A stretch of 64,000 nucleotides of DNA. It comes from an uncultured Chloroflexia bacterium (GTDB taxonomy: Bacteria; Chloroflexota; Limnocylindria; Limnocylindrales; CSP1-4). Shown here in pieces: positions 56,127 to 64,000 of the stretch; within the stretch, counting starts at the first letter, position 1, and each line of letters starts with the position of its first letter. The translations under genes were made by a program, and so were the position numbers. The stretch spans positions 2,720,001-2,784,000 of the forward strand of contig OY970218.1 in assembly GCA_963713975.1 (NCBI GenBank), in the 5' to 3' direction. The notes beneath the pieces were generated by a model, which had not been told where the DNA came from, made no database searches, and saw only the letters and a program-made list of their open reading frames with translations.

Positions 56127-56600
56127 GTGGACCTGTTCCTGATCCTGCTGTACCTGCACGCAATCGGTGCGGTCGTGGCCTTCGGCCCCGGGTTTGCGGC
56201 GATGATCGTGGGCCCGATGGTCGCCAAGGAGCCGCAATACGCGAACTTCTACGCCCGGACCCAGGTCGCCGCAGGGCGCAAGCTCATCACCCCCGTCGCC
56301 ATCAGCATGGCGCTGACCGGGATCGGCCTGATCATGGTGCGAGGGTGGGGGAACATCGTCGGCGACAAGCACTGGCTTGAGGCAGGGATCCTGCTCTACG
56401 TGGTCGCTGTGGTCGTGGCGATGGCGGTCCAGGGCCCTGCCGGGCGCCGGCTCGTGGAGCTGACGGCACAGCCGCCCGCACCGGGTGCCGGCCCGTCGCC
56501 CGAGATCGCGAAGACCGCCCAGCGGGTGCGCCTCGGCGGCCTCGCGCTGTCCGTGCTGACGCTGGCCATCATGTTCCTCATGGTGGTCAAGCCCTTCTAG
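56127..56600 (+). CDS. DUF2269-like membrane protein
   Basis: LYLHAIGAVVAFG...TGIGL...W...IMFLMVVKPF. Confidence 0.8.
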   Translation: MDLFLILLYLHAIGAVVAFGPGFAAMIVGPMVAKEPQYANFYARTQVAAGRKLITPVAISMALTGIGLIMVRGWGNIVGDKHWLEAGILLYVVAVVVAMAVQGPAGRRLVELTAQPPAPGAGPSPEIAKTAQRVRLGGLALSVLTLAIMFLMVVKPF

Positions 56601-56820
56601 CTCCGACCTCTCGGCCGGTCCAGGGGGCACGCCGCGGCGGGCCAAGCGGCCCACAAGGCCGGACCCGGGGTCCGCCAGCGGCGCGCCCTTTCGCCCTTCG
56701 CCCCGACGATCCGTGGGGGCATGCTCTCCTCATCATCCCCGACCCGGGAGGTGGTGACGGCACCCCGTGCCGCCGCCCCCGGATACCATTGCCAGCGATA
56801 CCAGCAGGAGATCCCACCCG

Positions 56821-58221
56821 ATGCCCCACGTCGCCACGTCGATCCCCGAACTGCTCGGCAACCTCGCCGGGATCGCCCATGTCGACGGCGACCGCCTCGT
56901 GATCGATGACGAAGCCCGCTTCCGATCGCAGGCCGCCGCCGATCTTGCCTGGACCGCAGCGTTCACGTCCGACGATCCCACGGCCGAGGCCGTCCGCTGG
57001 ATCGTCTGGGAGGCCAGCCAGGCGCTGGGTGCACGTTCCGCGTCCATCCATGAGCTCTACATGGCCCGCAGCCGGGGCGAGGTCTCCGGTTTCTCGGTCC
57101 CCGCGATGAACCTGCGCGCCCAGACCTTCGACATGGCCCGGACGATCTACGAGACTGCCGCGAAGCAAGACGTCGGGGCCCTGATCCTCGAGATTGCCCG
57201 CAGCGAGCAGACCTACACCTTCCAGCGCCCGATGGACTTCGCGACCTCCGTGTACGCGGGCGCCATTGCCGCCGGCTGGCAGGGCCCGGTGTTCGTCCAG
57301 GGCGACCACTACCAGTTCAACGCCAAGAAGCACGCCGCGGATCCCGAGGCCATGACCGAGGAGATCCGGCGGGCCTGCCGCCTCGCGATCGACGCCGGCT
57401 ACCGCAACATCGACATCGACAGCTCCACACTGGTGGACCTCTCCAAGCCGAGCCTCGACGAGGAGCAGAAGGAGAACTACACCCGCGCCGCGGAGCTCAC
57501 CGCGCTCATCCGGTCGCTCGAAGCGGACGGCGTTACCGTCAGCGTCGGGGGTGAGATCGGCGAGGTCGGCAAGGTCAACAGCACGGTCGCCGAGCTCGAG
57601 GCGTACCTCGACGGGTACGAGGCGGTGCTCGGCAAGCTCGCCCCGGATGCCAGGGGACTGTCGAAGGTCTCGGTGCAGACGGGCACGAGCCACGGCGGCG
57701 TGCCGCTGCCCGGGGGAGGCGTGGCCGAGGTCAAGCTCGACTTCGACGTCCTCGCCAAGCTCGGCGTGCTGGCCCGTTCGCGTGGCCTGGCCGGCGCCGT
57801 CCAGCATGGCGCCTCCACGCTGCCGGACGAGCTGTTCCACCGCTTCCCGGAGGCGGAGACGGCCGAGGTCCACCTGGCCACGGGCTTCCAGAACGCCCTC
57901 TATGACCACCCGGCATTCCCGGTCGCGCTGATGGACGAGATCTACGCCTGGTGCCGCGAGAACGCCGCCGACGAGCGCAAGGACGGCCAGACCGAGGCCC
58001 AGTTCCTGTACACGACCCGCAAGAAGGCGATCGGGCCGTTCAAGCGCCAGCTGTGGGACCTCGTGACCAAGGACGAGATCCTCGCCAGCCAGGGCGCCAA
58101 GATCGGCTACCTCTTCACCCAGCTGCGCGTCGACGGCTCGCTGGAGATGGTCAACAAGTACGTGAAGCCCGTTGCGGTGTCGCGCCCGATCCCCGCGGCG
58201 CTCAAGGCCGCCGCCGGCTGA
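56821..58221 (+). CDS. Class II fructose-bisphosphate aldolase
   Basis: FVQGDHYQ, SVGGEIGEVG, VQTGTSHGG, VQHGASTLP, HLATGFQN. Confidence 0.92.
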   Translation: MPHVATSIPELLGNLAGIAHVDGDRLVIDDEARFRSQAAADLAWTAAFTSDDPTAEAVRWIVWEASQALGARSASIHELYMARSRGEVSGFSVPAMNLRAQTFDMARTIYETAAKQDVGALILEIARSEQTYTFQRPMDFATSVYAGAIAAGWQGPVFVQGDHYQFNAKKHAADPEAMTEEIRRACRLAIDAGYRNIDIDSSTLVDLSKPSLDEEQKENYTRAAELTALIRSLEADGVTVSVGGEIGEVGKVNSTVAELEAYLDGYEAVLGKLAPDARGLSKVSVQTGTSHGGVPLPGGGVAEVKLDFDVLAKLGVLARSRGLAGAVQHGASTLPDELFHRFPEAETAEVHLATGFQNALYDHPAFPVALMDEIYAWCRENAADERKDGQTEAQFLYTTRKKAIGPFKRQLWDLVTKDEILASQGAKIGYLFTQLRVDGSLEMVNKYVKPVAVSRPIPAALKAAAG

Positions 58222-58225
58222 CCCG

Positions 58226-58816
58226 GTGACGTCCGGACCCGGCACACCCTTCGCGGTCCCGGGACCGGACCCGGTCCCTGTCGTCATCCGCCTCGAGACC
58301 CCCGGCGACCAGCCGGGGGTTCGTCGCGTCAACCTGGCGGCCTTCACGGGCCCCGAGGAGGCGGACATCGTGGATAGGATCCGGCGCGAGGCTCCCGAGG
58401 GCTGGCACTCGGTGGTTGCCGTCGGGGCGCCGGCCAGTGGTGCGGACGGCGAGATCGTGGGACACCTGCTGATGTCGCCGTGCCCCGTCCAGGACGGAGT
58501 GGGAGATACGGTGGCCATGGTCCTGGCGATCGGTCCGGTGGCGGTGCGGCCCGAGCTGCAGGCACGTGGGGTCGGGTCCGCGCTGATGTCCGCGGCAATG
58601 GGCCTCGGCATCGCCCGGGCCGTGCCCGCACTCGTCCTGCTGGGCCAGCCGGCGTACTACCCGCGATTCGGGTTCCAGCCGGCCCGCAGCCTCGGTCTCG
58701 AGCCACCGGCAGACGCCTGGCCTGACGCCGCGTGGATGGCCCGGCTGCTGCCTGCCTGGACCGACGACATGCGCGGAACCGTCCGCTACCCGGAGGCGTT
58801 CGAGCCGCTCGCGTAG
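58226..58816 (+). CDS. GNAT acetyltransferase (YhbS-like)
   Basis: IRLETPGD, IGPVAVRPELQARGVGSAL, LLGQPAYYPRFGF. Confidence 0.9.
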   Translation: MTSGPGTPFAVPGPDPVPVVIRLETPGDQPGVRRVNLAAFTGPEEADIVDRIRREAPEGWHSVVAVGAPASGADGEIVGHLLMSPCPVQDGVGDTVAMVLAIGPVAVRPELQARGVGSALMSAAMGLGIARAVPALVLLGQPAYYPRFGFQPARSLGLEPPADAWPDAAWMARLLPAWTDDMRGTVRYPEAFEPLA

Positions 58817-59003
58817 GCGCGCAACCTGGTCGTCCGGACCGACAACCGGCACGAGGACGGTAGTACCATCCTCCCAGTCCGTGCGGACCAGCGGTGCATG
58901 GATGCGCCACCCGCGTTCCGGGACGCTCACGGCATGTCTTCGGTATCGGCCTGCCCATTGGTCGCCCGCCGATCCATTGCAACCGGAAGCGAGAGATAGA
59001 AAC

Positions 59004-62000
59004 GTGCGTACGACCTCCAACCGATCCCTGCGCCGCCTGCGCGCGCTGGCCGTCGTCCAGGCCACCCTCTTGCTTGTGGCGCTCGGCGTGCCCGCGGCCG
59101 CCCTGGCGGCAGATGGCGATGGAACGGTCACCGTCAGCCCCACGTCAGTCTTGACCGGCTCGACCGGGAACACGCTGACCTTCGTCCATACGGTGGGTGC
59201 CAGTTGGGGCGGCAGCAGCAACGCCGTCCACCTTCGGATCACGGTTCCGGGCGGCGGCTGGTCGGCCCCGACCACGGGCGGCGGTGCAAGCACGCCCGGT
59301 CATGTCGCGATCGCTTCCGAGAGTTGCTCGGGTAGCCTGTCGATCGCCGTTAGCGGCGGCAGCAACATCGACATCTCGGGCGACAGCGACAACTGCAACA
59401 ACGGGGACGTAGTCACCATCACGTACTTCGCGACGGCCGGCACCACGATCGGAGCGAACACGTTCACCTCGTCCACCCGCACGAACAGCTACAACGGCAG
59501 CCTGCAGACCATCGCCACCAGCCCGGTGGTCACCGTGACAGCCCCCAAGGTGGACACCACCACGGTGGTCACCTCGGACACGCCTGATCCGTCCAACGTC
59601 GGCGTGGCCTATGCCGTGAACGTGAGCGTCGCCCGCGCGTCGGGCAGCGCCTCGATCACCGGCAACGTGGTCGTCTCGGATGGCACCGACTCCTGCACGG
59701 ACACGACCGCCAGCGGCGGCAGTGCGGCCACCGTCACCTATTCCTGCAACCTGACCTCGACCACCGCGGGCGCCAAGACGCTCACCGCCACGTATGCCGG
59801 CAACGCCTCCTTCAACGGGAGCTCGGGCACCGCGGACCACACGGTCAACGGGATCGGCACCACCACGACGATCACCTCCGACACCCCGGATCCCACGTAC
59901 GTCGGCGGGGCGTACACGGTCAGCGTCAGCGTGACCCGCGCCTCGGGCAGCGCCACGATCACGGGCACCATGAACGTCTCCGACGGCACGGACAGCTGCA
60001 CGGATGCGACCACCAGCGGTGGTAGTGCCGCCACGGTCACCTATTCCTGCAGCCTGACCTCGACCACGTCGGGCCTCAAGACCCTGACGGCAACGTATCC
60101 CGGCAACGCGACCTTCAACGGCAGCTCCGGCACCGCGACCCACACGGTCAACTCGGTTGACGGCAACGGCACGATGACCGCGGTCTACTCCGAGGTTGGC
60201 AGCACCACCCCGAGCGCCATCCCGATCACCCCGGGCAAGGACCTGGAGCTGATCGACTTCACGTTCACCGCTGGCGCCGGGGGGCTGCCCGCCGGCTCGC
60301 AGCTGCAGTTCGTCATTCCGGCCGGCTGGACGGCCCCGACCAAGACCGCCGGCACCGATGGCGCCATGACGGTTCTCAGCAGGACCTGCTCGGCTCCTGC
60401 GACGGGGACCGCCGGCTTTACGATCGCGGGGTCCGGTCCCTGGACGATCACGATCACGGCCCCCGTCTGCACGGCCGGCCAGAACATCGTCATCCGCTAC
60501 GGGAACGCAGCGAATGTCTACGTGACCGCGCCCAACGCGAGGGGTGACTACGAGTTCACGACCAGCACGGCGGGACCGGGCGGCACGCTGACCGGCATTG
60601 CCTCGCAGCCTGAGCTCACGGTCATCGGCATCGCCCAGGCGGCCCTCTCGATCACGGGTCCCGCGACCAAGACCTTCGGCGACAGCGCGTTCGCCCCGAC
60701 CACCTCGGGTGGCTCCGGCAGCGGCGCCGTCACCTTCACCTCGACCACCCCATCCGTGTGCACGGCGAGCGACAGCGCCAACGTGACGATCGTCGGCGTG
60801 GGCACCTGCACGGTCACGGCCACGAAGGCCGGCGACAGCACCTACAACCCGACGACGTCGGCACCCTACGACATCACGGTCGCCAAGGCCGACACGGTCA
60901 CGGTCATCGATTGCTCCGGGACCTTCACGTACACAGGCGCCGCCCAGACGCCGTGCACCGCGACGGTGACGGGCCCCGGCCTGAACGCGCCGGTCGACGT
61001 CGACTACCTCGACAACACGGATGCCGGCACGGCTTCGGCTTCTGCCGACTACGCCGGCTCTGCGAATTACAACGCCAGCTCCGACACCGAGTCCTTCGAC
61101 ATCGCCAAGGCCGACCCGGTCTGCGCGGTCAGCGGCTGGTCCGGCACCTATGACGGTTCGGCCCACGGCGCCTCGGGCTCGTGCACCGGCGTCAACGACG
61201 AGACCCTTGCCGGGCTCGCCCTGGGCAGCTCCTTCACGGACGTCCCGGGCGGCACCGCCAACTGGGTGTACACCGACGCCACCGGCAACTACAACGACGA
61301 CTCGGGCTCGGTCGACATCTCGATCGCCAAGGCCGACCCGGTCTGCGCGGTCAGCGGCTGGTCCGGCACCTATGACGGTTCGGCCCACGGCGCCTCGGGC
61401 TCGTGCACCGGCGTCAACGACGAGACCCTTGCCGGGCTCGCCCTGGGCAGCTCCTTCACGGACGTCCCGGGCGGCACCGCCAACTGGGTGTACACCGACG
61501 CCACCGGCAACTACAACGACGACTCGGGCTCGGTCGACATCTCGATCGCCAAGGCCGACCCGGTCTGCACGATCAACGGCTACGACGGCCCGTTCGACGG
61601 CTTCGCGCACGGCGCCACCGGCACCTGCCGCGGGGTCGAGGACGAGGTCCTCCCGGGCCTTGACCTCGGTGCCTCGTTCACCGACGTCCCAGGCGGCACC
61701 GCCGACTGGGTGTTCACCGACGCGACCGGCAACTACACCGACGATGCGGGCTCGGTCGACATCAGCATCGGCAAGACCGCCCAGGTGATCGACTTCCCCG
61801 AGATGCCCAACGTCAACGATGGCGCGACGAGCTTCCAGCTCGCGGCGACCACGGACTCGGGCCTGCCGATCACCTACACCTCGCTCACCCCGAACGTCTG
61901 CACCGTGTCGGGCACGACGGTCACGATCGTGGGTGTCGGCACCTGCACCATCGAGGCCTCCCAGCCCGGTGATGAGAACTACGCACCGGCAGGGTCGGTG

Positions 62001-62207
62001 CTCCAGAGCTTCGAGGTCCGTGCCGCCGACAGCACGACGCCTGAGACCAACACGACAGCGGCGCTTGCCGCCGCGGGCGACTCGGGCCCCATCCCGCCCG
62101 CCCTGTTCCTGGGCCTCCTCACCGTCGGCGTCCTGGGGACGCTCCTGGTCCTGCTCGGCTTCCGGGCCCGCCGGGACGGCATGCTCCCGGGTGACCGCGA
62201 GCGGTAA
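59004..62207 (+). CDS. Large surface protein/adhesin with Ig-like and MBG-like repeats and C-terminal TM anchor
   Basis: Signal peptide; Thr/Gly/Ser-rich beta repeats (LTATYAGNASFNGS); C-terminal TM plus basic tail. Confidence 0.85.
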   Translation: MRTTSNRSLRRLRALAVVQATLLLVALGVPAAALAADGDGTVTVSPTSVLTGSTGNTLTFVHTVGASWGGSSNAVHLRITVPGGGWSAPTTGGGASTPGHVAIASESCSGSLSIAVSGGSNIDISGDSDNCNNGDVVTITYFATAGTTIGANTFTSSTRTNSYNGSLQTIATSPVVTVTAPKVDTTTVVTSDTPDPSNVGVAYAVNVSVARASGSASITGNVVVSDGTDSCTDTTASGGSAATVTYSCNLTSTTAGAKTLTATYAGNASFNGSSGTADHTVNGIGTTTTITSDTPDPTYVGGAYTVSVSVTRASGSATITGTMNVSDGTDSCTDATTSGGSAATVTYSCSLTSTTSGLKTLTATYPGNATFNGSSGTATHTVNSVDGNGTMTAVYSEVGSTTPSAIPITPGKDLELIDFTFTAGAGGLPAGSQLQFVIPAGWTAPTKTAGTDGAMTVLSRTCSAPATGTAGFTIAGSGPWTITITAPVCTAGQNIVIRYGNAANVYVTAPNARGDYEFTTSTAGPGGTLTGIASQPELTVIGIAQAALSITGPATKTFGDSAFAPTTSGGSGSGAVTFTSTTPSVCTASDSANVTIVGVGTCTVTATKAGDSTYNPTTSAPYDITVAKADTVTVIDCSGTFTYTGAAQTPCTATVTGPGLNAPVDVDYLDNTDAGTASASADYAGSANYNASSDTESFDIAKADPVCAVSGWSGTYDGSAHGASGSCTGVNDETLAGLALGSSFTDVPGGTANWVYTDATGNYNDDSGSVDISIAKADPVCAVSGWSGTYDGSAHGASGSCTGVNDETLAGLALGSSFTDVPGGTANWVYTDATGNYNDDSGSVDISIAKADPVCTINGYDGPFDGFAHGATGTCRGVEDEVLPGLDLGASFTDVPGGTADWVFTDATGNYTDDAGSVDISIGKTAQVIDFPEMPNVNDGATSFQLAATTDSGLPITYTSLTPNVCTVSGTTVTIVGVGTCTIEASQPGDENYAPAGSVLQSFEVRAADSTTPETNTTAALAAAGDSGPIPPALFLGLLTVGVLGTLLVLLGFRARRDGMLPGDRER
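59554..60152 (+). repeat. Two diverged 300-bp (100-aa) Ig-like domain repeats
   Basis: TTT..TSDTPDP..VG.AY...SCTD.T.SGGSAATVTYSC...HTVN occurs twice. Confidence 0.85.
61101..61770 (+). repeat. 222-bp (74-aa) tandem repeat: two identical copies plus one diverged
   Basis: atcgccaaggccgacccggtctgc at 61101, 61323 and 61545. Confidence 0.92.
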
Positions 62208-62239
62208 CCGCGCGCGACCACCCCTGATCCGCGAGAACG

Positions 62240-62268
62240 AACAGGCCCCGCCTCCGGCGGGGCCTGTT
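62240..62268. terminator. Intrinsic terminator hairpin
   Basis: AACAGGCCCCGCC-TCC-GGCGGGGCCTGTT, a perfect 13-bp stem after the surface-protein gene. Confidence 0.8.
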
Positions 62269-62303
62269 GCCGTCTATCTCGAGAGCCGGGCTACGCTGTG
62301 CAG

Positions 62304-63338
62304 ATGCAGCCTCACGCCCGGACATCCCTCGTGAGCCGCTGGGTCCTTCTCCTGTCCGTCCTGACCCTTGCCTTGGCGCTGGCGGGCTGCGGGTCCGGCG
62401 TACCCGCGTCGACCTCGCCTCCAGCGCCGAGCGTGTCGGGCGGCGCCTCTGCGACGCCCTCCCCCGAGGCGACACACGCATCAGAGACGCCGCCCGCCGC
62501 GTCGCAGCCCGTGCCGTCTGTCGAGGCGTCGCCGTCGGGTGACCCGGTCCTGGTCGGGGCGGGCGACATCGCCGTATGCGGCAGGCCGGACGACGAGGCG
62601 ACCGCGGACCTGATCGATGGGATCCCGGGCATCGTGTTCGCGCTCGGCGATACCGCATATGACTCCGGTTCCGAGGCAGAGCTGCGCGACTGCTACGGCC
62701 CAAGCTGGGGTCGCTTCAAGGACCGGACCGGCTTCGCGGTCACCGGCAACCACGACATCCGGACCGACGACGGCGCCCCGCTCATCGCCTACTTCGGCGA
62801 TGCGGCGGCACGGGACGGCGTCACGTGGTTCAGCGAGGACGTCGGCGCGTGGCACCTCATCGTGCTCGACACGAACTGCGGCCACCTCGACGGCGGCTGT
62901 GGGCCGGATTCCGCACAGGTCCGCTGGCTGCGCGACGACCTCGCCGCGAGCGGAGCCCGCTGCACGCTCGCGATGTGGCACCACCCCCGGTTCTCGAGCG
63001 GCACGCATGGCAACGACAAGGACGTGGCGCCGTTGTGGGATGTCCTGTACGCGGCCGGTGCGGACCTGGTCCTCAATGGCCACGACCACGACTACGAGCG
63101 CTTCTACCCCCAGGACCCCGAAGGGCGCCCGGACGCGGACCGGGGCATCACCGAGATCGTGGTCGGTACCGGCGGGGCCGAGCTCCGGGGCTTCGAGAAG
63201 ACCGCGCCAAACGCCGTGGCCCGCTCCAGCGACGCACACGGCGTCATCGAGCTGACGCTTGCCGCCGACGGCTGGGCATTCCGCTTCGTCTCGACCGACG
63301 ACACGTTCTCCGACCAGGGTCGCGGCGTCTGCCACTGA
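62304..63338 (+). CDS. Lipoprotein metallophosphoesterase (acid/alkaline phosphatase-like)
   Basis: Lipobox LAGC; GAGDIA, LGD.AY, GNHD, WHHP, NGHDHDYER. Confidence 0.9.
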   Translation: MQPHARTSLVSRWVLLLSVLTLALALAGCGSGVPASTSPPAPSVSGGASATPSPEATHASETPPAASQPVPSVEASPSGDPVLVGAGDIAVCGRPDDEATADLIDGIPGIVFALGDTAYDSGSEAELRDCYGPSWGRFKDRTGFAVTGNHDIRTDDGAPLIAYFGDAAARDGVTWFSEDVGAWHLIVLDTNCGHLDGGCGPDSAQVRWLRDDLAASGARCTLAMWHHPRFSSGTHGNDKDVAPLWDVLYAAGADLVLNGHDHDYERFYPQDPEGRPDADRGITEIVVGTGGAELRGFEKTAPNAVARSSDAHGVIELTLAADGWAFRFVSTDDTFSDQGRGVCH

Positions 63339-63375
63339 CCCCGCGGCGGGCCGTGTGACAGGGCATGATGGCCGC

Positions 63376-64000
63376 ATGACCCAATCCGATCCCGTGACCC
63401 AACCCGACTTCGGATCCGCGTGGTCCGCCTCCCTCGCGCGTGCTCCCGAAGCCCGGCTGCAGGAGTGGCTCGAGTTCGCCCACGCGGCCTGCGACGCCGC
63501 CGACCGGATCGCCCTGCACCATTTCCGGCGCGACCTGGATCTCGAGCGCAAGCCCGACCGCACGTTCGTCACAGTCGCGGACCAGGGAGCAGAGCGAGAG
63601 ATCCGGTCTCGGATCCTCGACCGCTACCCGGACCACGGGCTGGTGGGCGAGGAGTACGGAACCGAGGCCGGGTCAGGTGCCACGCGCTGGTACATCGACC
63701 CGATCGACGGCACCCACAACTACATCCGGGGCGTGCCCGTGTTCGCGACGCTGCTCGCGGTCGAGCATGACGGCGAGTTGCAGGTTGGCATGATCTCCGC
63801 GCCGGCGATGCATGAGCGCTGGTATGCGTACCGCGGCGGGGGAGCCTGGCACCGTGGCCTCGACGGTGATCGCCAGGTCCGCGTCTCCCAGATCCGGGCC
63901 CACGAGGACGCGCAGCTGCTCTATGGCAGCAGACTCGAGACCGTGGCCTCAGGGCTGATGCCGGGGTTCGACGACGTGCTCGCCGGAGCCTGGCGAGAGC
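63376..64000 (+). CDS. hisN: Histidinol-phosphatase (inositol monophosphatase family), 3'-truncated by the window
   Basis: KPDRTFVT.AD, GEEYG, WYIDPIDGTHNYIRGVPVFATL. Confidence 0.8.
   Translation, partial: MTQSDPVTQPDFGSAWSASLARAPEARLQEWLEFAHAACDAADRIALHHFRRDLDLERKPDRTFVTVADQGAEREIRSRILDRYPDHGLVGEEYGTEAGSGATRWYIDPIDGTHNYIRGVPVFATLLAVEHDGELQVGMISAPAMHERWYAYRGGGAWHRGLDGDRQVRVSQIRAHEDAQLLYGSRLETVASGLMPGFDDVLAGAWRE

Noticed and set aside
63377-63408. Short imperfect duplication at the hisN start (MTQSDP/VTQPDF)
   Set aside because: A minor slippage event that only makes the start codon ambiguous.

Overview
High-GC bacterial chromosomal window with no rRNA, tRNA, CRISPR, integrase or transposase. 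Gene content and frequent leaderless starts suggest Chloroflexota (Limnocylindria/Ellin6529-like); this is an inference. From the left: the tail of a MacB-type ABC permease plus a two-component system; carAB behind a tandem PyrR-like leader; a CopC/membrane-protein pair; an ArsR-family regulator with two operator palindromes; rocD; an M16 peptidase pair (first gene frameshifted); and three ECF sigma/anti-sigma pairs, two preceded by a secreted protein resembling the anti-sigma's outer domain. An 18-kb molybdo-hydroxylase island follows: form II-like coxSLM, coxDEF, mocA, a methyltransferase, form I CO dehydrogenase coxMSL, an XdhC-YHS fusion and coxG. Next come a rearranged MBL-fold hydrolase locus (153-bp perfect inverted repeat, TCTAGT-flanked 1.8-kb insert, split relic gene) and an ABC-2/small protein/RsgA/2xGNAT operon behind a structured uORF-terminator leader. 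The right end carries lipoproteins, a class II aldolase, a repeat-rich surface protein, a metallophosphoesterase and the start of hisN. The best candidates for undescribed biology are the attenuated ABC-RsgA-GNAT operon, the MBL rearrangement, the 'secreted mimic + ECF + anti-sigma' triplets and a recurrent small-protein family.
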